Part shown: positions 38,405 through 49,326 of the stretch, one piece after another
Layout: each line of letters starts with the position of its first letter
Numbering within the stretch: position 1 is the stretch's first letter
The notes under the pieces: model-generated
Database searches by the model: none
Told to the model about the DNA's origin: nothing
The model's input: the letters and a program-made list of their open reading frames with translations, nothing else
Assembly (NCBI GenBank): GCA_902769185.1
Contig: CACXNV010000007.1
Span: forward strand, 9,323 to 73,322
DNA length: 64,000 nt
Direction: 5' to 3'
DNA from: an uncultured Erysipelotrichaceae bacterium
GTDB lineage: Bacteria; Bacillota_I; Bacilli_A; RFN20; CAG-826
Made by a program: the position numbers and the translations under genes

Positions 38405-39573
38405 AAAACTTTGAATTTGTATCTCCCACAAAAATATATTTTGGACCTGGAAAAGAAAACGATGTTGGTTCCATTTTAAAAGACTTTGGAGCTAGTAGAG
38501 TTTTAATCGTTATTGGAAAGAATTCAGTTATTAAAAGTGGCTTATTAGAAAGAGTGGTTGTCTCTTTAGGAAAAGCTTCTATTCCTTTTGAATTGCTTAG
38601 AGGAGTAAGGGCAAATCCAACATTTGATTTAGTTGAAGAAGGATTGTCTATTATTCGCACTCATAAAATTGATTTCATATTAGCAATTGGTGGAGGTAGT
38701 GTGATTGATACCGCTAAATGTATTGCGGTTAACTTCTATCATAATGGTGGAGTCAAAGATATTAATTTACATAAAGCAGCACCAACTAAAGCATTGCCTG
38801 TTGGAGCTATATTAACTATTTCCGCTGCAGGAAGTGAATTATCAAATTCTTGTGTTATTCAAGATGATGCAACTGGTATTAAAGTTGGATTTAACTCTGA
38901 TTTAGTTAGACCTGTCTTTGCAATTGAAAATCCTGAGTTAACTTATTCATTACCAAAAGAACAAATTGCTTATGGAGTAGTGGATATTTTAATGCATACA
39001 TTAGAAAGATATTTTTCTGAGAGCGATAAATATGAACTCGCAGATGAGTTTGCTTTAGGATTAATTAAGAATGTTTTAGAAGTTGGCTTACTTGCATATC
39101 AAAATCCTACAAATTATGAATATCAATCTGCTTTAATGCTTGCCTCTTCTTTATCTCATAATGGATTAACTAGTATTGGCAAAAAATACTATATGCCAGT
39201 ACATCAATTAGAGCATCCTCTTAGTGGAACTTTCCCACATATCGCTCATGGTCTTGGACTTGCTATTTTATTCCCTGCTTGGTGCAAATATTATTACAAA
39301 TACGATATCGATAAATTCACCACTCTAGGTGAAAGAGTGTTTGATATATATTCTGGCGATAAAGAACAAGATGCTTTAGCGACAATATCTGCTTTTGAAG
39401 AATATTTTGCTCGCATGGAACTCCCTAATAAATTATCTGATTTAGGAGTGAAGAAAGAAGATATTGAATCTTTAGTGAATAAAGTCACAAACAATAACAC
39501 ACGCACTGTATATCATCATACAAAACCGATAAATGATGAAGTCGCACGCAAAATATATTATTCTTGTTTATAA
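38401..39573 (+). CDS. Iron-containing alcohol dehydrogenase (BdhA/YqhD-like)
   Basis: 390 aa. FEFVSPTKIYFGPG, AIGGGSVIDTAK, metal His cluster HTLERY...HQLEHPLS...HGLGLA. Confidence 0.9.
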   Translation: MKNFEFVSPTKIYFGPGKENDVGSILKDFGASRVLIVIGKNSVIKSGLLERVVVSLGKASIPFELLRGVRANPTFDLVEEGLSIIRTHKIDFILAIGGGSVIDTAKCIAVNFYHNGGVKDINLHKAAPTKALPVGAILTISAAGSELSNSCVIQDDATGIKVGFNSDLVRPVFAIENPELTYSLPKEQIAYGVVDILMHTLERYFSESDKYELADEFALGLIKNVLEVGLLAYQNPTNYEYQSALMLASSLSHNGLTSIGKKYYMPVHQLEHPLSGTFPHIAHGLGLAILFPAWCKYYYKYDIDKFTTLGERVFDIYSGDKEQDALATISAFEEYFARMELPNKLSDLGVKKEDIESLVNKVTNNNTRTVYHHTKPINDEVARKIYYSCL

Positions 39574-39579
39574 CAAATT

Positions 39580-40737
39580 ATGAAAAAAGAGAGCATTTTT
39601 GGAATTGTCATGTACCTACTCATCTTCGCCTTTGCGGTGGTGTATGGTTTTACTGTTCTTCAAAGGCATTTCCAAGATTCGGCAATGACTGCTGTTTGGC
39701 AATATGCTTTATATATCATTGGTTGTATTGTTGTAGGAATTATATTAAGCGCGATATTATTTGAATTTGGTCACGCGTTAGGAGCAAAAGCTGGTGGATA
39801 TAAGATTGTTAAGTTTACTATCTTATATTTCACAATTTATGTTGATAACGGTAAACATAAGTTTGGCTTTAGAAGATTTAATGGGTTAACTGGAGAAACA
39901 TTAATTGTTCCTAATTACGCAAAGAAAGAGAAACCAAATCCTCTTCCATATTTATTATATGGTCCTTTCTTTAACTTATCTTGGTTTGTAGGAGCGTTAA
40001 TTTGTTTCTTTTATTTTAATAAAACTGGATCTAGATTCGACGGAGATGTCGCATATGCTTTCTTAACCGTTGGGATTATCTCTTTAATTTTATTTATCTA
40101 TGATATTGTTCCAATTAAAACTGATGTATTCACTAACGGATATCAACTTTTCTCTTTATTAAAAAGCAAAGATTATCAAGGGTATAACGATTTATTAGCC
40201 GCGAGCAATGATAATAATGGTTCTATCGCTATTAGCGATGATAAAAAGGTCGATAAACCAGTTAAACAAGTTAATCTTAATCGTGTTGAAGGAAAATTAT
40301 TAAGTGTAGCGACTTTTATTGATGAAAAGAAATATGATGAAGCTTCTAAATTAATTGAAGAAATATTAGCGAAACCTGAAGAGTTAACAAATAAACCATT
40401 CTTAGAAGTTAACGAACAAAAAATATACATTAAGATTATGACTACTCCATTTGAAGAAATGAGTGAATATTATAATAATGAGATATCTTTATCTCTAAAA
40501 AGAGATATTTCTAGTGATCACACTTTAATTGGAATTAGAACATATATTTTAATGGCGGGTTTATTTGATAAATCACGTAGTGAGTGCGCATTAGCCTTAT
40601 CAAAGGTTGCTAAAGCATATAAAAACACTCTCCCAAGTCGTAAACACGCTGAACTAGTGTTATTTAATGATGCATTAGAAAAGGTGTGCCAAGCACACCC
40701 TAAATGGGAATTAGATATTTATAAACTTTACGAATAA
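39580..40737 (+). CDS. Membrane protein with degenerate M50 (site-2 protease)-like N-domain and helical C-domain
   Basis: 385 aa. LFEFGHALGAKAGGYKIV aligns to the M50 HExGH helix, but the first His is Phe. A second-motif-like YDIVPIKTDVFTNG follows. The C-terminal ~170 aa is soluble and helical. Confidence 0.55.
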   Translation: MKKESIFGIVMYLLIFAFAVVYGFTVLQRHFQDSAMTAVWQYALYIIGCIVVGIILSAILFEFGHALGAKAGGYKIVKFTILYFTIYVDNGKHKFGFRRFNGLTGETLIVPNYAKKEKPNPLPYLLYGPFFNLSWFVGALICFFYFNKTGSRFDGDVAYAFLTVGIISLILFIYDIVPIKTDVFTNGYQLFSLLKSKDYQGYNDLLAASNDNNGSIAISDDKKVDKPVKQVNLNRVEGKLLSVATFIDEKKYDEASKLIEEILAKPEELTNKPFLEVNEQKIYIKIMTTPFEEMSEYYNNEISLSLKRDISSDHTLIGIRTYILMAGLFDKSRSECALALSKVAKAYKNTLPSRKHAELVLFNDALEKVCQAHPKWELDIYKLYE

Positions 40738-42171
40738 TTAAATATTAAAGAATAGCGGATTCAAAACTTGAGTCCAAATTAAGAAATAAGTAATTAAAGA
40801 TACGATATCAACAATAGTTGTAGTAAAAGGCCCACAGACCACTGCTGGGTCTAATTTTACTAATTTAGCGATAAATGGAAGAGAACAGCCAACCATTCTA
40901 GAGATAATCATTGTGACAAATAATGTTGATCCTACTAATGCAGCGATAAGAAGTTCTCCATGGATTAAACCAACTTTATCGGATAATTGTAAAGAGGTGG
41001 TGTCAACAATACCAACACTCATCTCAAACATTAGCCATCCAAAAGCAAAAACAGCCACGATGCCGCCAATTAATGCAGCAACACGGAGTTCTTTCCATGC
41101 CACTTTCCAATAATCTTTTCCATCAAATTCATCAAGAGACAAAGACCTAACTATCATGGTAGTGGTTTGTCCACCAGAGTTCCCTCCAGCATCCATAATA
41201 AGTGGAGTAAATACCGCTAATATAGCAAATTTACCAATCTCTGCTTCGAATCCTGAAAGAATAAGAGTGGAGAATACTTGTAACACCATTAAGGCGATAA
41301 TCCAAGGGACACATTTCAAAACAAGTTTATATACAGGTGTCTTTAGATATGGATCAGACATATCAGAGATAGCTGCCATGTGAGCAATATCTTCACTGGT
41401 TTCTTCTTCGATAATATCAACGACGTCATCGATGGTAATAATTCCAACGATCTTATTTTCATCGTTTGTGACCGCCATTGCAGTTAAGTCATAACGTTTG
41501 AACATTTTAGCGACATCTTCTTGGTCATCGTTAACATTACAAGAAACGAAGTCTTTGTTCATGATGTCTGAAAGAATCTCGTCTTCTTTTGCAAAGATTA
41601 AATCATCTAAGTCGACAGTTCCTGTTAGAGTTCTTTTAGAATCTCTAACAAAGATGGTATATACGGTTTCAGCATCTCTGCCTTTTTCTCTAATTAATTT
41701 AATAGCATCTTTAACAGAAGTATCTTCTTTCATTTCGATATATTCTGTTGTCATGACACTGCCAGCAGTGTCTTCTTTATAGTTTAAAAGCTTATTAACG
41801 TCGTTTCTCATTTCCTTAGGGCAAACTTTTAAAACCCTGTTAACAATGTTAGCTGGTAATTGTTGAATAGCGTCGGTAATATCGTCAGCGTAGGATTCAT
41901 TAATAAGTTCAACGAGTTCTTTATCTGAGAAAGCATTAATGATTAATTCTTGTTGGTCAGAAGATAATTCTGCGAATAACTCAGCAGCGTATTCGTTATT
42001 TACGACTTTAAAGATGTATAAAAGAGTTTTGACATCGTCAACATCTTCAACGGCTTCTGCAATATCAATGTTTGGAACAGTATCAAAAATTTCGATGACT
42101 TTTTGTCGATCGCGCTTTTCAACCGCAGTTAATAGCTGCTCTTTTAACTCTTCAATTTCAATTTCTTCCAT
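40738..42171 (-). CDS. mgtE: Magnesium transporter MgtE
   Basis: 477 aa. MgtE N-domain, CBS pair (VMTTEYIEM..., VTNDENKIVGIITIDDVVD), C-terminal 5-TM domain with PLIMDAGGNSGGQ. Confidence 0.93.
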   Translation of the reverse strand: MEEIEIEELKEQLLTAVEKRDRQKVIEIFDTVPNIDIAEAVEDVDDVKTLLYIFKVVNNEYAAELFAELSSDQQELIINAFSDKELVELINESYADDITDAIQQLPANIVNRVLKVCPKEMRNDVNKLLNYKEDTAGSVMTTEYIEMKEDTSVKDAIKLIREKGRDAETVYTIFVRDSKRTLTGTVDLDDLIFAKEDEILSDIMNKDFVSCNVNDDQEDVAKMFKRYDLTAMAVTNDENKIVGIITIDDVVDIIEEETSEDIAHMAAISDMSDPYLKTPVYKLVLKCVPWIIALMVLQVFSTLILSGFEAEIGKFAILAVFTPLIMDAGGNSGGQTTTMIVRSLSLDEFDGKDYWKVAWKELRVAALIGGIVAVFAFGWLMFEMSVGIVDTTSLQLSDKVGLIHGELLIAALVGSTLFVTMIISRMVGCSLPFIAKLVKLDPAVVCGPFTTTIVDIVSLITYFLIWTQVLNPLFFNI

Positions 42172-42244
42172 ATCTAATCAAAATTATAAGCATTAAAAAA
42201 GTTGATAACAAACTTTTTTTGTTTAGTTACCAACTTATTACTTT

Positions 42245-43567
42245 TTACTTTCCTGAAACAACTAATTTAGAAACAATGACAGAAGGGCAATTAGTGCCGC
42301 TCATAAACTCTTTACTGTCATTACCTACATAAGACACTGAGTTAAATAGTTTAACTAAGTTACCGGATACAGTAATGATATCGAGTGGATGATCAATTTT
42401 TCCATCTTTAATTAAGAATCCTGTTGATTGAAGTGAGAAATTGCCTGTTCTTGAGTTTAATCCAGCGTGTAAACCTGAAACATCGGTGATATAAACGCCA
42501 TTACCAATTTCTTCGAATAGTTCTTCCTGAGATTTCTTTCCAGGTTTCATTTTTAAATATGTTGGTGCAGTATAGACTTTACTACCTGAAGTAACACCAT
42601 TACCTGTAGATTCAACACCGTCTTTTGCAGCGGTTGTTAAGTTATATAGATAAGTTTGCAAGACACCGTTTTTGATAATTGCTCTATTAGAAGTAGCAAC
42701 GCCTTCATCATCGAACGATTTTGCAAAAACAGTTTTATTAATTGGTAAATCTTCTACTGTAACCTTTTTAGAAGCTACTTTTTGACCTATTTTTCCAATA
42801 AATAAAGATGAATTCTTTTGTACATCTTCTGCAATTGCGCTTGAAACATAAGCGGACATTAAAGAAGAAACAACTGATGGCGCTAAAACAGCTTTGTAGG
42901 TTGATGATTCACAAGGGAATCCTCCTAATTGGGAAACTGTTTCTTTAGCAATAGCCTTTACTAAATCACTTGGGACAAATTTATCAAAATCATTTCCGAA
43001 ATATAGCTCGAATCCAGTCTTTGTTTGTTCTTTTTCTTTAGCTACTGCAGAACCATAATACGCAAAGAAGTTAGATTTTTGAGAAAGCTTTAATCCGTGA
43101 GTATTTATGATAGTGGTAGAGTTACTTGTCTCGTCATAAGCAACAGTTGCAACTTCAACAATTCTTGGATCTGCGTTTTTTAACTCTTGTTCGATTTGTT
43201 TTGCGATTTCAATTTTCTTTTCTACAGGAATATTGCCTAATTGACGATTAAAAGTATTAATTTTTCTGTATTTTTCGCTTCCTTTAAAGATAAATACAGG
43301 ATCATCATTTTCTACAACTGATGCGTTTGCAATGATTTGCTCGACAAAGTACTCTGCCATTTTATTATTGTAAACATCGCTAGCAATAGAACCCATTTTT
43401 CCTTTATATATTCCACGTGCATAAAAGCTAAAAGACTTATTATTCGAATATGAATCTATTTCTCCATGGAACAAAGAGAATGATAAAGAACTAGTTGAGG
43501 AGAAAGTAAATTCAGCTTCTTCAATTCCAGCCTTTTTAGCAAGTTCAAAAAATCTATCGAATTTCAT
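42245..43567 (-). CDS. pmbA: TldE/PmbA metalloprotease partner subunit
   Basis: 440 aa. PmbA/TldD fold without HExxxH; overlaps tldD by 1 nt. Confidence 0.85.
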   Translation of the reverse strand: MKFDRFFELAKKAGIEEAEFTFSSTSSLSFSLFHGEIDSYSNNKSFSFYARGIYKGKMGSIASDVYNNKMAEYFVEQIIANASVVENDDPVFIFKGSEKYRKINTFNRQLGNIPVEKKIEIAKQIEQELKNADPRIVEVATVAYDETSNSTTIINTHGLKLSQKSNFFAYYGSAVAKEKEQTKTGFELYFGNDFDKFVPSDLVKAIAKETVSQLGGFPCESSTYKAVLAPSVVSSLMSAYVSSAIAEDVQKNSSLFIGKIGQKVASKKVTVEDLPINKTVFAKSFDDEGVATSNRAIIKNGVLQTYLYNLTTAAKDGVESTGNGVTSGSKVYTAPTYLKMKPGKKSQEELFEEIGNGVYITDVSGLHAGLNSRTGNFSLQSTGFLIKDGKIDHPLDIITVSGNLVKLFNSVSYVGNDSKEFMSGTNCPSVIVSKLVVSGK

Positions 43568-44967
43568 TATTTTAATTCTCCTCCTCTTCCGCCAACTAAA
43601 ATTTCGCTAACACGAATAGTAGGTTGTCCGACATTTGTGCGAATGCTGCCACTTGCAGCCCCACACATACCTTGAGCCAAGGCTAAATCGTTACCTACCA
43701 TATCAATCTTTTTAAGGATATCTTCACCTTTACCAATTAAAGTTGCTCCTTTAACTGGTTCTGCGATTTTTCCATCTCTAATAATATAAGCTTCGGAACA
43801 TCCAAAATTGAATTCACCAGTGGTTGGATCAACAGATCCTCCATTAAATGAAACAGCGTATAAACCTAATTTGGTAGCTTTAATAATATCTTCTGGATTT
43901 GATTTTCCGTTATCAATATACGTGTTACTCATTCTACTTGTTGGGCAATATTTATAGTTTTGTCTACGACAAGAACCATTTCCTTCTTTGCCCATTCTTC
44001 TGCCATTAAAGTCATCAATCATGAAGTTAACTAATTTTCCATCTTTGATTAAGACACGTTTTGTTCCTAAATTACCTTCATCATCAATATCAATCGATCC
44101 CCATGCATTTGGAATAGTGGAATCATCGACTGCAGTAACGATTGGAGAAGCAATCATTTCTCCTTCTTTTCCAGCAAAACAACTTAATCCTCTAGAAACA
44201 GCACTTGCTTCAAGTGGGTGTCCACATGCTTCGTGGAAAAGAACTCCACCCCAGCCATTTCCAATAACAACTGGCATTTTTCCGCTTGGGCATTCTTTAG
44301 CAGAAAGCATTAATAATGCTGTATCAACCGCTTTAAGTGCTGATTCTTTTGGTTTAACTTTATTTCTAAAATATGAAATATCATCTTGGCAACCTGGTCC
44401 TTCAAATCCCGTTTCCATACCAGTTTCGTCAGCGACTACTACTGAGTAGGCGAGTCTAGCAAACTCAGTTTCTTTTTTAAACCATTTACCTTTTGAATTA
44501 TAGATAGCAACAAAACGATAATTGCTTCCAAAACTACCTATATATCTTACGATTCGAGGATCTTTTAATTCTTCTATTGCGTTAGTGCCTTCTCTAATTA
44601 AAGCGATTTTTTCTTCTTGAGTTAAGGTTTTATAACTCTTTTTAATTGGATTTCTATTAGGTGCTTTAATTAAATCTAAGTGGTCTACTGTTAGGATTCT
44701 CTCTCCATTAAAGGATTTATTTAATGAATCCGCTAAAGACATAAGTCCTTTTTTAGTTAAATCACTTGTGTATCCATATACGCATCTATTTTCTTTTAAT
44801 ATTCTTAAGCCAACTCCAGAAGTAATTCCCGTTGAAGAAGTAGAAACTTTACCGTTTTCAATAGTAATGCCTGCTCCAATACTATCTTCAAAGAAGATTT
44901 CAGAGTAGTCAGCGCCAGTTTCTAACATTTTGTTAAGAACTTCTATAGCTAATTTTTTACTTAACAT
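43567..44967 (-). CDS. tldD: TldD metalloprotease
   Basis: 466 aa. Active-site FHEACGHPLE; C-terminal GMCGAASGS. Confidence 0.9.
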   Translation of the reverse strand: MLSKKLAIEVLNKMLETGADYSEIFFEDSIGAGITIENGKVSTSSTGITSGVGLRILKENRCVYGYTSDLTKKGLMSLADSLNKSFNGERILTVDHLDLIKAPNRNPIKKSYKTLTQEEKIALIREGTNAIEELKDPRIVRYIGSFGSNYRFVAIYNSKGKWFKKETEFARLAYSVVVADETGMETGFEGPGCQDDISYFRNKVKPKESALKAVDTALLMLSAKECPSGKMPVVIGNGWGGVLFHEACGHPLEASAVSRGLSCFAGKEGEMIASPIVTAVDDSTIPNAWGSIDIDDEGNLGTKRVLIKDGKLVNFMIDDFNGRRMGKEGNGSCRRQNYKYCPTSRMSNTYIDNGKSNPEDIIKATKLGLYAVSFNGGSVDPTTGEFNFGCSEAYIIRDGKIAEPVKGATLIGKGEDILKKIDMVGNDLALAQGMCGAASGSIRTNVGQPTIRVSEILVGGRGGELK

Positions 44968-45064
44968 GACTAGCCTCCTTTACAAAGTATATATATTTTA
45001 AGATATTAATATCATTAAAATAAAGATTTTTATTCACAGCCTATTCTATTAAAATAGAAGTGCT

Positions 45065-46114
45065 ATGAAATTACGTATTAACATGCTTAGTAGTGCTGAA
45101 ACTGTTAAAGGACAAGGGGTTGCTAGTGCTTTTAGAGAACAAGTAACACTTATCCAAGAGATGCAAGATGATTTTGAAGTTGAAATAAACTCTAAGTCAT
45201 CTAATTTTGACATCTACCATATCCATACAGTTGATCCTAAATATAGGATTCGTATGAATAAAAAGCACTTAAACATTATGTATGTTCACTTTGTTCCCTC
45301 TAAAAATGATGGGAGCCTTAAATTGCCTAAACTATTTAATAAGCTTTTTAATAGATATGTTGAAAAAACATATAGAAAAGCAGATGAAATTATTGTTGTT
45401 AATCCATCATTTATTTCAGAATTAGAAAAGATAAGAATTCCTAGAGAAAAAATAACCTATATACCTAATTTTGTTGATCATGAAAAGTTTAAGCCTTTAA
45501 AAAATGATGAAATTGTTAAATTAAAGCAAAAATATGGAGTTCCAATAGATAGATTTATAGTCCTTGGTTGTGGACAAATTCAAACTAGAAAAGGATTTGA
45601 TGATTTTGTAGAAGTCGCTAGACAAAACCCTGACATGACTTTCATCTGGGCTGGTGGATTTAGCTTTGGCAAAATTACTGATGGATACAAAAAATATAAG
45701 AAATTATTGGAAAACTTACCTCAAAATATGATTCATTTATCCATTATCGATAGAGAATACATGAACGAAGTATTTAACATTTGCGATGTTTTGTTTATGC
45801 CATCATTTATTGAATTATTCCCAATGACAATCCTAGAAGCATGCAATGTTTATAAACCATTTTTGGTCCGTGACCTAGATTTATATAAACCGATTCTATT
45901 TCAAAGATATTGTTGTGGAAAATCAGTTGAAGAATTCAATAACGAACTTAATAAACTTAAAAATGATATAACCTACTATTATGAAAATGTTGAGAACTCT
46001 AAATTTATATCTAATTTTTATAATAAAGATATATTAAAGAAGACATGGAAAGATTATTATTTAAGAGTTTTTGATAAATGGCTTACAAAAAAGAATATGA
46101 AAAATATAAAATAG
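45065..46114 (+). CDS. GT4-family (GT-B) glycosyltransferase, possibly a glycolipid synthase
   Basis: 349 aa. Family-typical GQGVA N-terminus, GCGQIQTRKG, C-terminal MPSFIELFPMTILEA (E-x7-E-like). Confidence 0.75.
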   Translation: MKLRINMLSSAETVKGQGVASAFREQVTLIQEMQDDFEVEINSKSSNFDIYHIHTVDPKYRIRMNKKHLNIMYVHFVPSKNDGSLKLPKLFNKLFNRYVEKTYRKADEIIVVNPSFISELEKIRIPREKITYIPNFVDHEKFKPLKNDEIVKLKQKYGVPIDRFIVLGCGQIQTRKGFDDFVEVARQNPDMTFIWAGGFSFGKITDGYKKYKKLLENLPQNMIHLSIIDREYMNEVFNICDVLFMPSFIELFPMTILEACNVYKPFLVRDLDLYKPILFQRYCCGKSVEEFNNELNKLKNDITYYYENVENSKFISNFYNKDILKKTWKDYYLRVFDKWLTKKNMKNIK

Positions 46115-46132
46115 TTAATGAGGTATTAAAAA

Positions 46133-46588
46133 ATGAATAAGTACATGAGAATGGCGATTAATGAAGCAAGAAAAGGAATTAGAGCTGGTCACGGTGGTCC
46201 TTTTGGTGCGGTTATAGTGAAAGATGGAGTAGTTGTTGGTAAGGGACATAACCAAGTTTTAAAGAATAATGATCCTACTTGTCACGGCGAAATGATGGCG
46301 ATTCACAAAGCCTGTAAGAAACTTGGAACTTATGACTTAAGTGGATGTGAATTATACACAACTGGTGAACCATGCCCAATGTGTATGTCTGCAATTTTAT
46401 GGGCTAATATCGAGAAAGTTTTCTACGGTTGCAACATAATTGATACAGAAGAAATTGGGTTTAGAGATGCTAAATTCTATGAGATGCAAAAACCTGGAGA
46501 AAGAGAAAAACTAGTTATTGAGTTAGATAGAAAAGCCTGTTTAAAGTTATACGGCGAATATACTAGACTCACTCACACAATTTATTAA
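46133..46588 (+). CDS. guaD: Guanine deaminase, CDA-fold (GuaD-like)
   Basis: 151 aa. GGPFGAVIVKDG...NDPTCHGEMMAI...GEPCPMCMSAILWA...GFRDAKFY is colinear with B. subtilis GuaD as I recall it. Confidence 0.75.
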   Translation: MNKYMRMAINEARKGIRAGHGGPFGAVIVKDGVVVGKGHNQVLKNNDPTCHGEMMAIHKACKKLGTYDLSGCELYTTGEPCPMCMSAILWANIEKVFYGCNIIDTEEIGFRDAKFYEMQKPGEREKLVIELDRKACLKLYGEYTRLTHTIY

Positions 46589-46747
46589 TCTTAAATAGCG
46601 GGCTAGCGATAAAGTGGTCCGCTTTTCTTTTACTTGTAAAAAGAATTTAAAGTGATACTCTTATAGTTGTAGATGAAATTATTTATTTGAATGAGTGTTA
46701 AGTTGTTTTAATGACCATTTTTTCATGCGTTCAAGAAAGGAGCCTCT

Positions 46748-48094
46748 ATGTATAAGAGTGAATATTTAAATAATTTATTAGAAGATGTTAAAAGAAGATA
46801 TGGCAATGAAAAGGAATTCGTTTCTGCAGTTGAAGAGTTTTTTGATTCTATGGATTTCTTAGTGGAAAAAGATCCACGCATTGAACAATACTCAATCTTA
46901 GAAAGATTGATTGTCCCAGAAAGAGTAATTGAAATGAGAGTCCCATGGGTTGATGATTCGGGGAAAATTAGAGTAAATACCGGTTATAGAGTGCAATTCA
47001 ATTCTGCTATCGGTCCTTATAAAGGTGGCATGAGATTTCATCCATCAGTTAACTTATCAATTTTAAAGTTTTTAGGATTTGAACAAACATTTAAAAATAG
47101 TTTAACTGGCTTACCAATGGGTGGTGGCAAAGGTGGCGCTGATTTTGATCCACGTGGAAAAAGCGATGGTGAAGTAATGAGATTCTGTCAGTCTTTTATG
47201 TCTGAGTTATTTAGACACATTGGTCCAGACACTGATGTCCCTGCCGGAGACTTAGGATTTGGTGCTAGAGAAGTTGGTTATATGTTTGGAATGTATAAGA
47301 AATTAAGAGACGAATGGAGTGGCGTTTTCACTGGTAAAGGCATCTCTTATGGTGGTAGCTTAGCTAGACCTGAAGCAACAGGTTATGGTTTACTCTATTA
47401 CGCTAGAGAAATGCTCAAAACTTACTACAAAACTGACTTTAAAGGTAAAAAAATCATTATTTCTGGTTGTGGTAAGGTCGGAGGAATGGCCGCTGAAAAA
47501 GCCCATCAATTAGGCGCTATTTTAGTTGGTATGAGTGACATTGATGGATACGTTAGTGACCCTAATGGATTAGATGTTCCTTATATCGTTGAATTAAGTA
47601 AGAAAAAAGGTATGTTCTCAAAAGAATATGCTGCTACACATAAAGGTGCAAAATTTGTCGAAGGACCTAGAGGCTTATGGTCAGTTCCATGTGAAATTGC
47701 TCTTCCATGTGCCACACAAGGTGAAATTGCATTAAAAGAAGCTGAAGAGTTAAAGAAAAATGGTTGCTATATGTTAGTGGAAGGCGCAAATATGCCTACC
47801 GATGTAGAAGCAATTAGATATTTCAACACTCATGATGTCTTATTTGCTCCAGGAAAAGCAAGTAACGCTGGTGGCGTTGCGGTATCTGGATTAGAAATGA
47901 GTCAAAACGCAATGCACTTAAGCTGGACATTTGAAGAAGTTGATCAAAAACTTGAAGAAATTATGAAGAAAATCTTTAAAGCATGTCACGATACCGCGGT
48001 TCAATTTGGTCAACCACGTAACTTAGCGTTAGGTGCTAATATTGCAGGATTCTTAAAAGTATATGATGCAATGCTTGCTCAAGGTGTTTGCTAA
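46748..48094 (+). CDS. gdhA: NAD(P)-specific glutamate dehydrogenase
   Basis: 448 aa. Catalytic loop LPMGGGKGGADFDP; GSGNV-type Rossmann variant GCGKVGG. Confidence 0.95.
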   Translation: MYKSEYLNNLLEDVKRRYGNEKEFVSAVEEFFDSMDFLVEKDPRIEQYSILERLIVPERVIEMRVPWVDDSGKIRVNTGYRVQFNSAIGPYKGGMRFHPSVNLSILKFLGFEQTFKNSLTGLPMGGGKGGADFDPRGKSDGEVMRFCQSFMSELFRHIGPDTDVPAGDLGFGAREVGYMFGMYKKLRDEWSGVFTGKGISYGGSLARPEATGYGLLYYAREMLKTYYKTDFKGKKIIISGCGKVGGMAAEKAHQLGAILVGMSDIDGYVSDPNGLDVPYIVELSKKKGMFSKEYAATHKGAKFVEGPRGLWSVPCEIALPCATQGEIALKEAEELKKNGCYMLVEGANMPTDVEAIRYFNTHDVLFAPGKASNAGGVAVSGLEMSQNAMHLSWTFEEVDQKLEEIMKKIFKACHDTAVQFGQPRNLALGANIAGFLKVYDAMLAQGVC

Positions 48095-49314
48095 TGATTA
48101 AAACTGTTAAGGCTCCTCATATCTTACTTCCAAAAAAGGGAGTGGATATGTCTAAATATGCGGTCATTGCCTGTGACCAATACACTTCTAATCTTGAATA
48201 TTGGGATTCTTTAAAAAAAGAAATTGGAGAAGAAGTCTCAACTTTCAACATGATTTATCCAGAAGCGTATTTAGAAAATACTGATAACGACACATACATT
48301 GAAGGTATCAATAGAAATATTGCTCATTATTTAAAAAATAATGATTTAGTAGATATTGGTGAATGCTTTATTCTTGTTGAAAGAGTCACCTCTTATGGAG
48401 TAAGAAGATTAGGTTTAATCCTTGCGGTTGATTTAGAAGATTATTCTTATGAAAAAGGGACTGACGCTTTAATTAGAGCAAGTGAAGCTACAATCGTAGA
48501 AAGAATTCCACCTCGATTAAAGATTAGAAAAGACGCTCCAATTGAGTTACCTCATATTTTAGTGTTATTTGATGATCCTAAAAAAACCATTGTGGAAGAG
48601 TTATACTCTAATCGGGACAAATTAGAAAAAGTTTATGACTTTGAACTCAACAAAGATGGTGGTCATATCAGTGGATATAAAGTTAATAACACTAAAGAAG
48701 TTATTCAAAAATTTGATGAGTTATTCCATAGGAATAACAATGGATTGTTATTTATTGTTGGAGATGGTAACCACTCTTTAGCGACCGCGAAAGCGCATTG
48801 GGAAAACGTTAAAAAGGGTTTATCTCAAGCAGAAAGAGAAAATCATCCTGCTAGATTTGCTTTAGTGGAAACTAATAACTTATATGATGATGGCATTATC
48901 TTTGAACCAATTCATCGTGTGTTATTTAATGTTGATAAAGAATTTGAACATCAACTTAGGGATGTTTGTAAAGGTGAACATTCTTCCTTTACCTATACAA
49001 AAGAAGAGGGGAAGAAGGAATTAAAATTACCAAAGAATGCTCCTAAAGCATATTTAATGGTCCAAACCTTCTTAGATGTTTATATGAGGTTACATCCTCA
49101 AGTGAAAATCGATTTCATTCATGATGAAGAAGAATTACTTGCGGTTGTGGATAAAAATAAAGGCAGTGTTGCTATAGCAATGCCTGCTTTAACAAAAGAG
49201 GACTTATTTGATTATTTAGCCTCTGGAACTGTGCTACCTAGAAAATCATTTTCAATGGGGCACGCAAACGAAAAAAGATATTATCTTGAAGCCAAGAAAA
49301 TAATAAAAGATTAA
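48094..49314 (+). CDS. DUF1015-family protein (function unknown)
   Basis: ATG 48094 overlaps the gdhA TAA (TAATG). IACDQYTS, GDGNHSLATAKAHW, FEPIHRV are family-typical as I recall. Sits directly upstream of serC-serA. Confidence 0.7.
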   Translation: MIKTVKAPHILLPKKGVDMSKYAVIACDQYTSNLEYWDSLKKEIGEEVSTFNMIYPEAYLENTDNDTYIEGINRNIAHYLKNNDLVDIGECFILVERVTSYGVRRLGLILAVDLEDYSYEKGTDALIRASEATIVERIPPRLKIRKDAPIELPHILVLFDDPKKTIVEELYSNRDKLEKVYDFELNKDGGHISGYKVNNTKEVIQKFDELFHRNNNGLLFIVGDGNHSLATAKAHWENVKKGLSQAERENHPARFALVETNNLYDDGIIFEPIHRVLFNVDKEFEHQLRDVCKGEHSSFTYTKEEGKKELKLPKNAPKAYLMVQTFLDVYMRLHPQVKIDFIHDEEELLAVVDKNKGSVAIAMPALTKEDLFDYLASGTVLPRKSFSMGHANEKRYYLEAKKIIKD

Positions 49315-49326
49315 AAGGAGAATTTT

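Noticed and set aside
39564-39764. 66-aa ORF overlapping the start of the 385-aa membrane protein gene.
   Set aside because: It is an alternative frame of the same region with a Cys/Trp-rich improbable translation. The 39580 frame continues for 385 aa with coherent TM helices.
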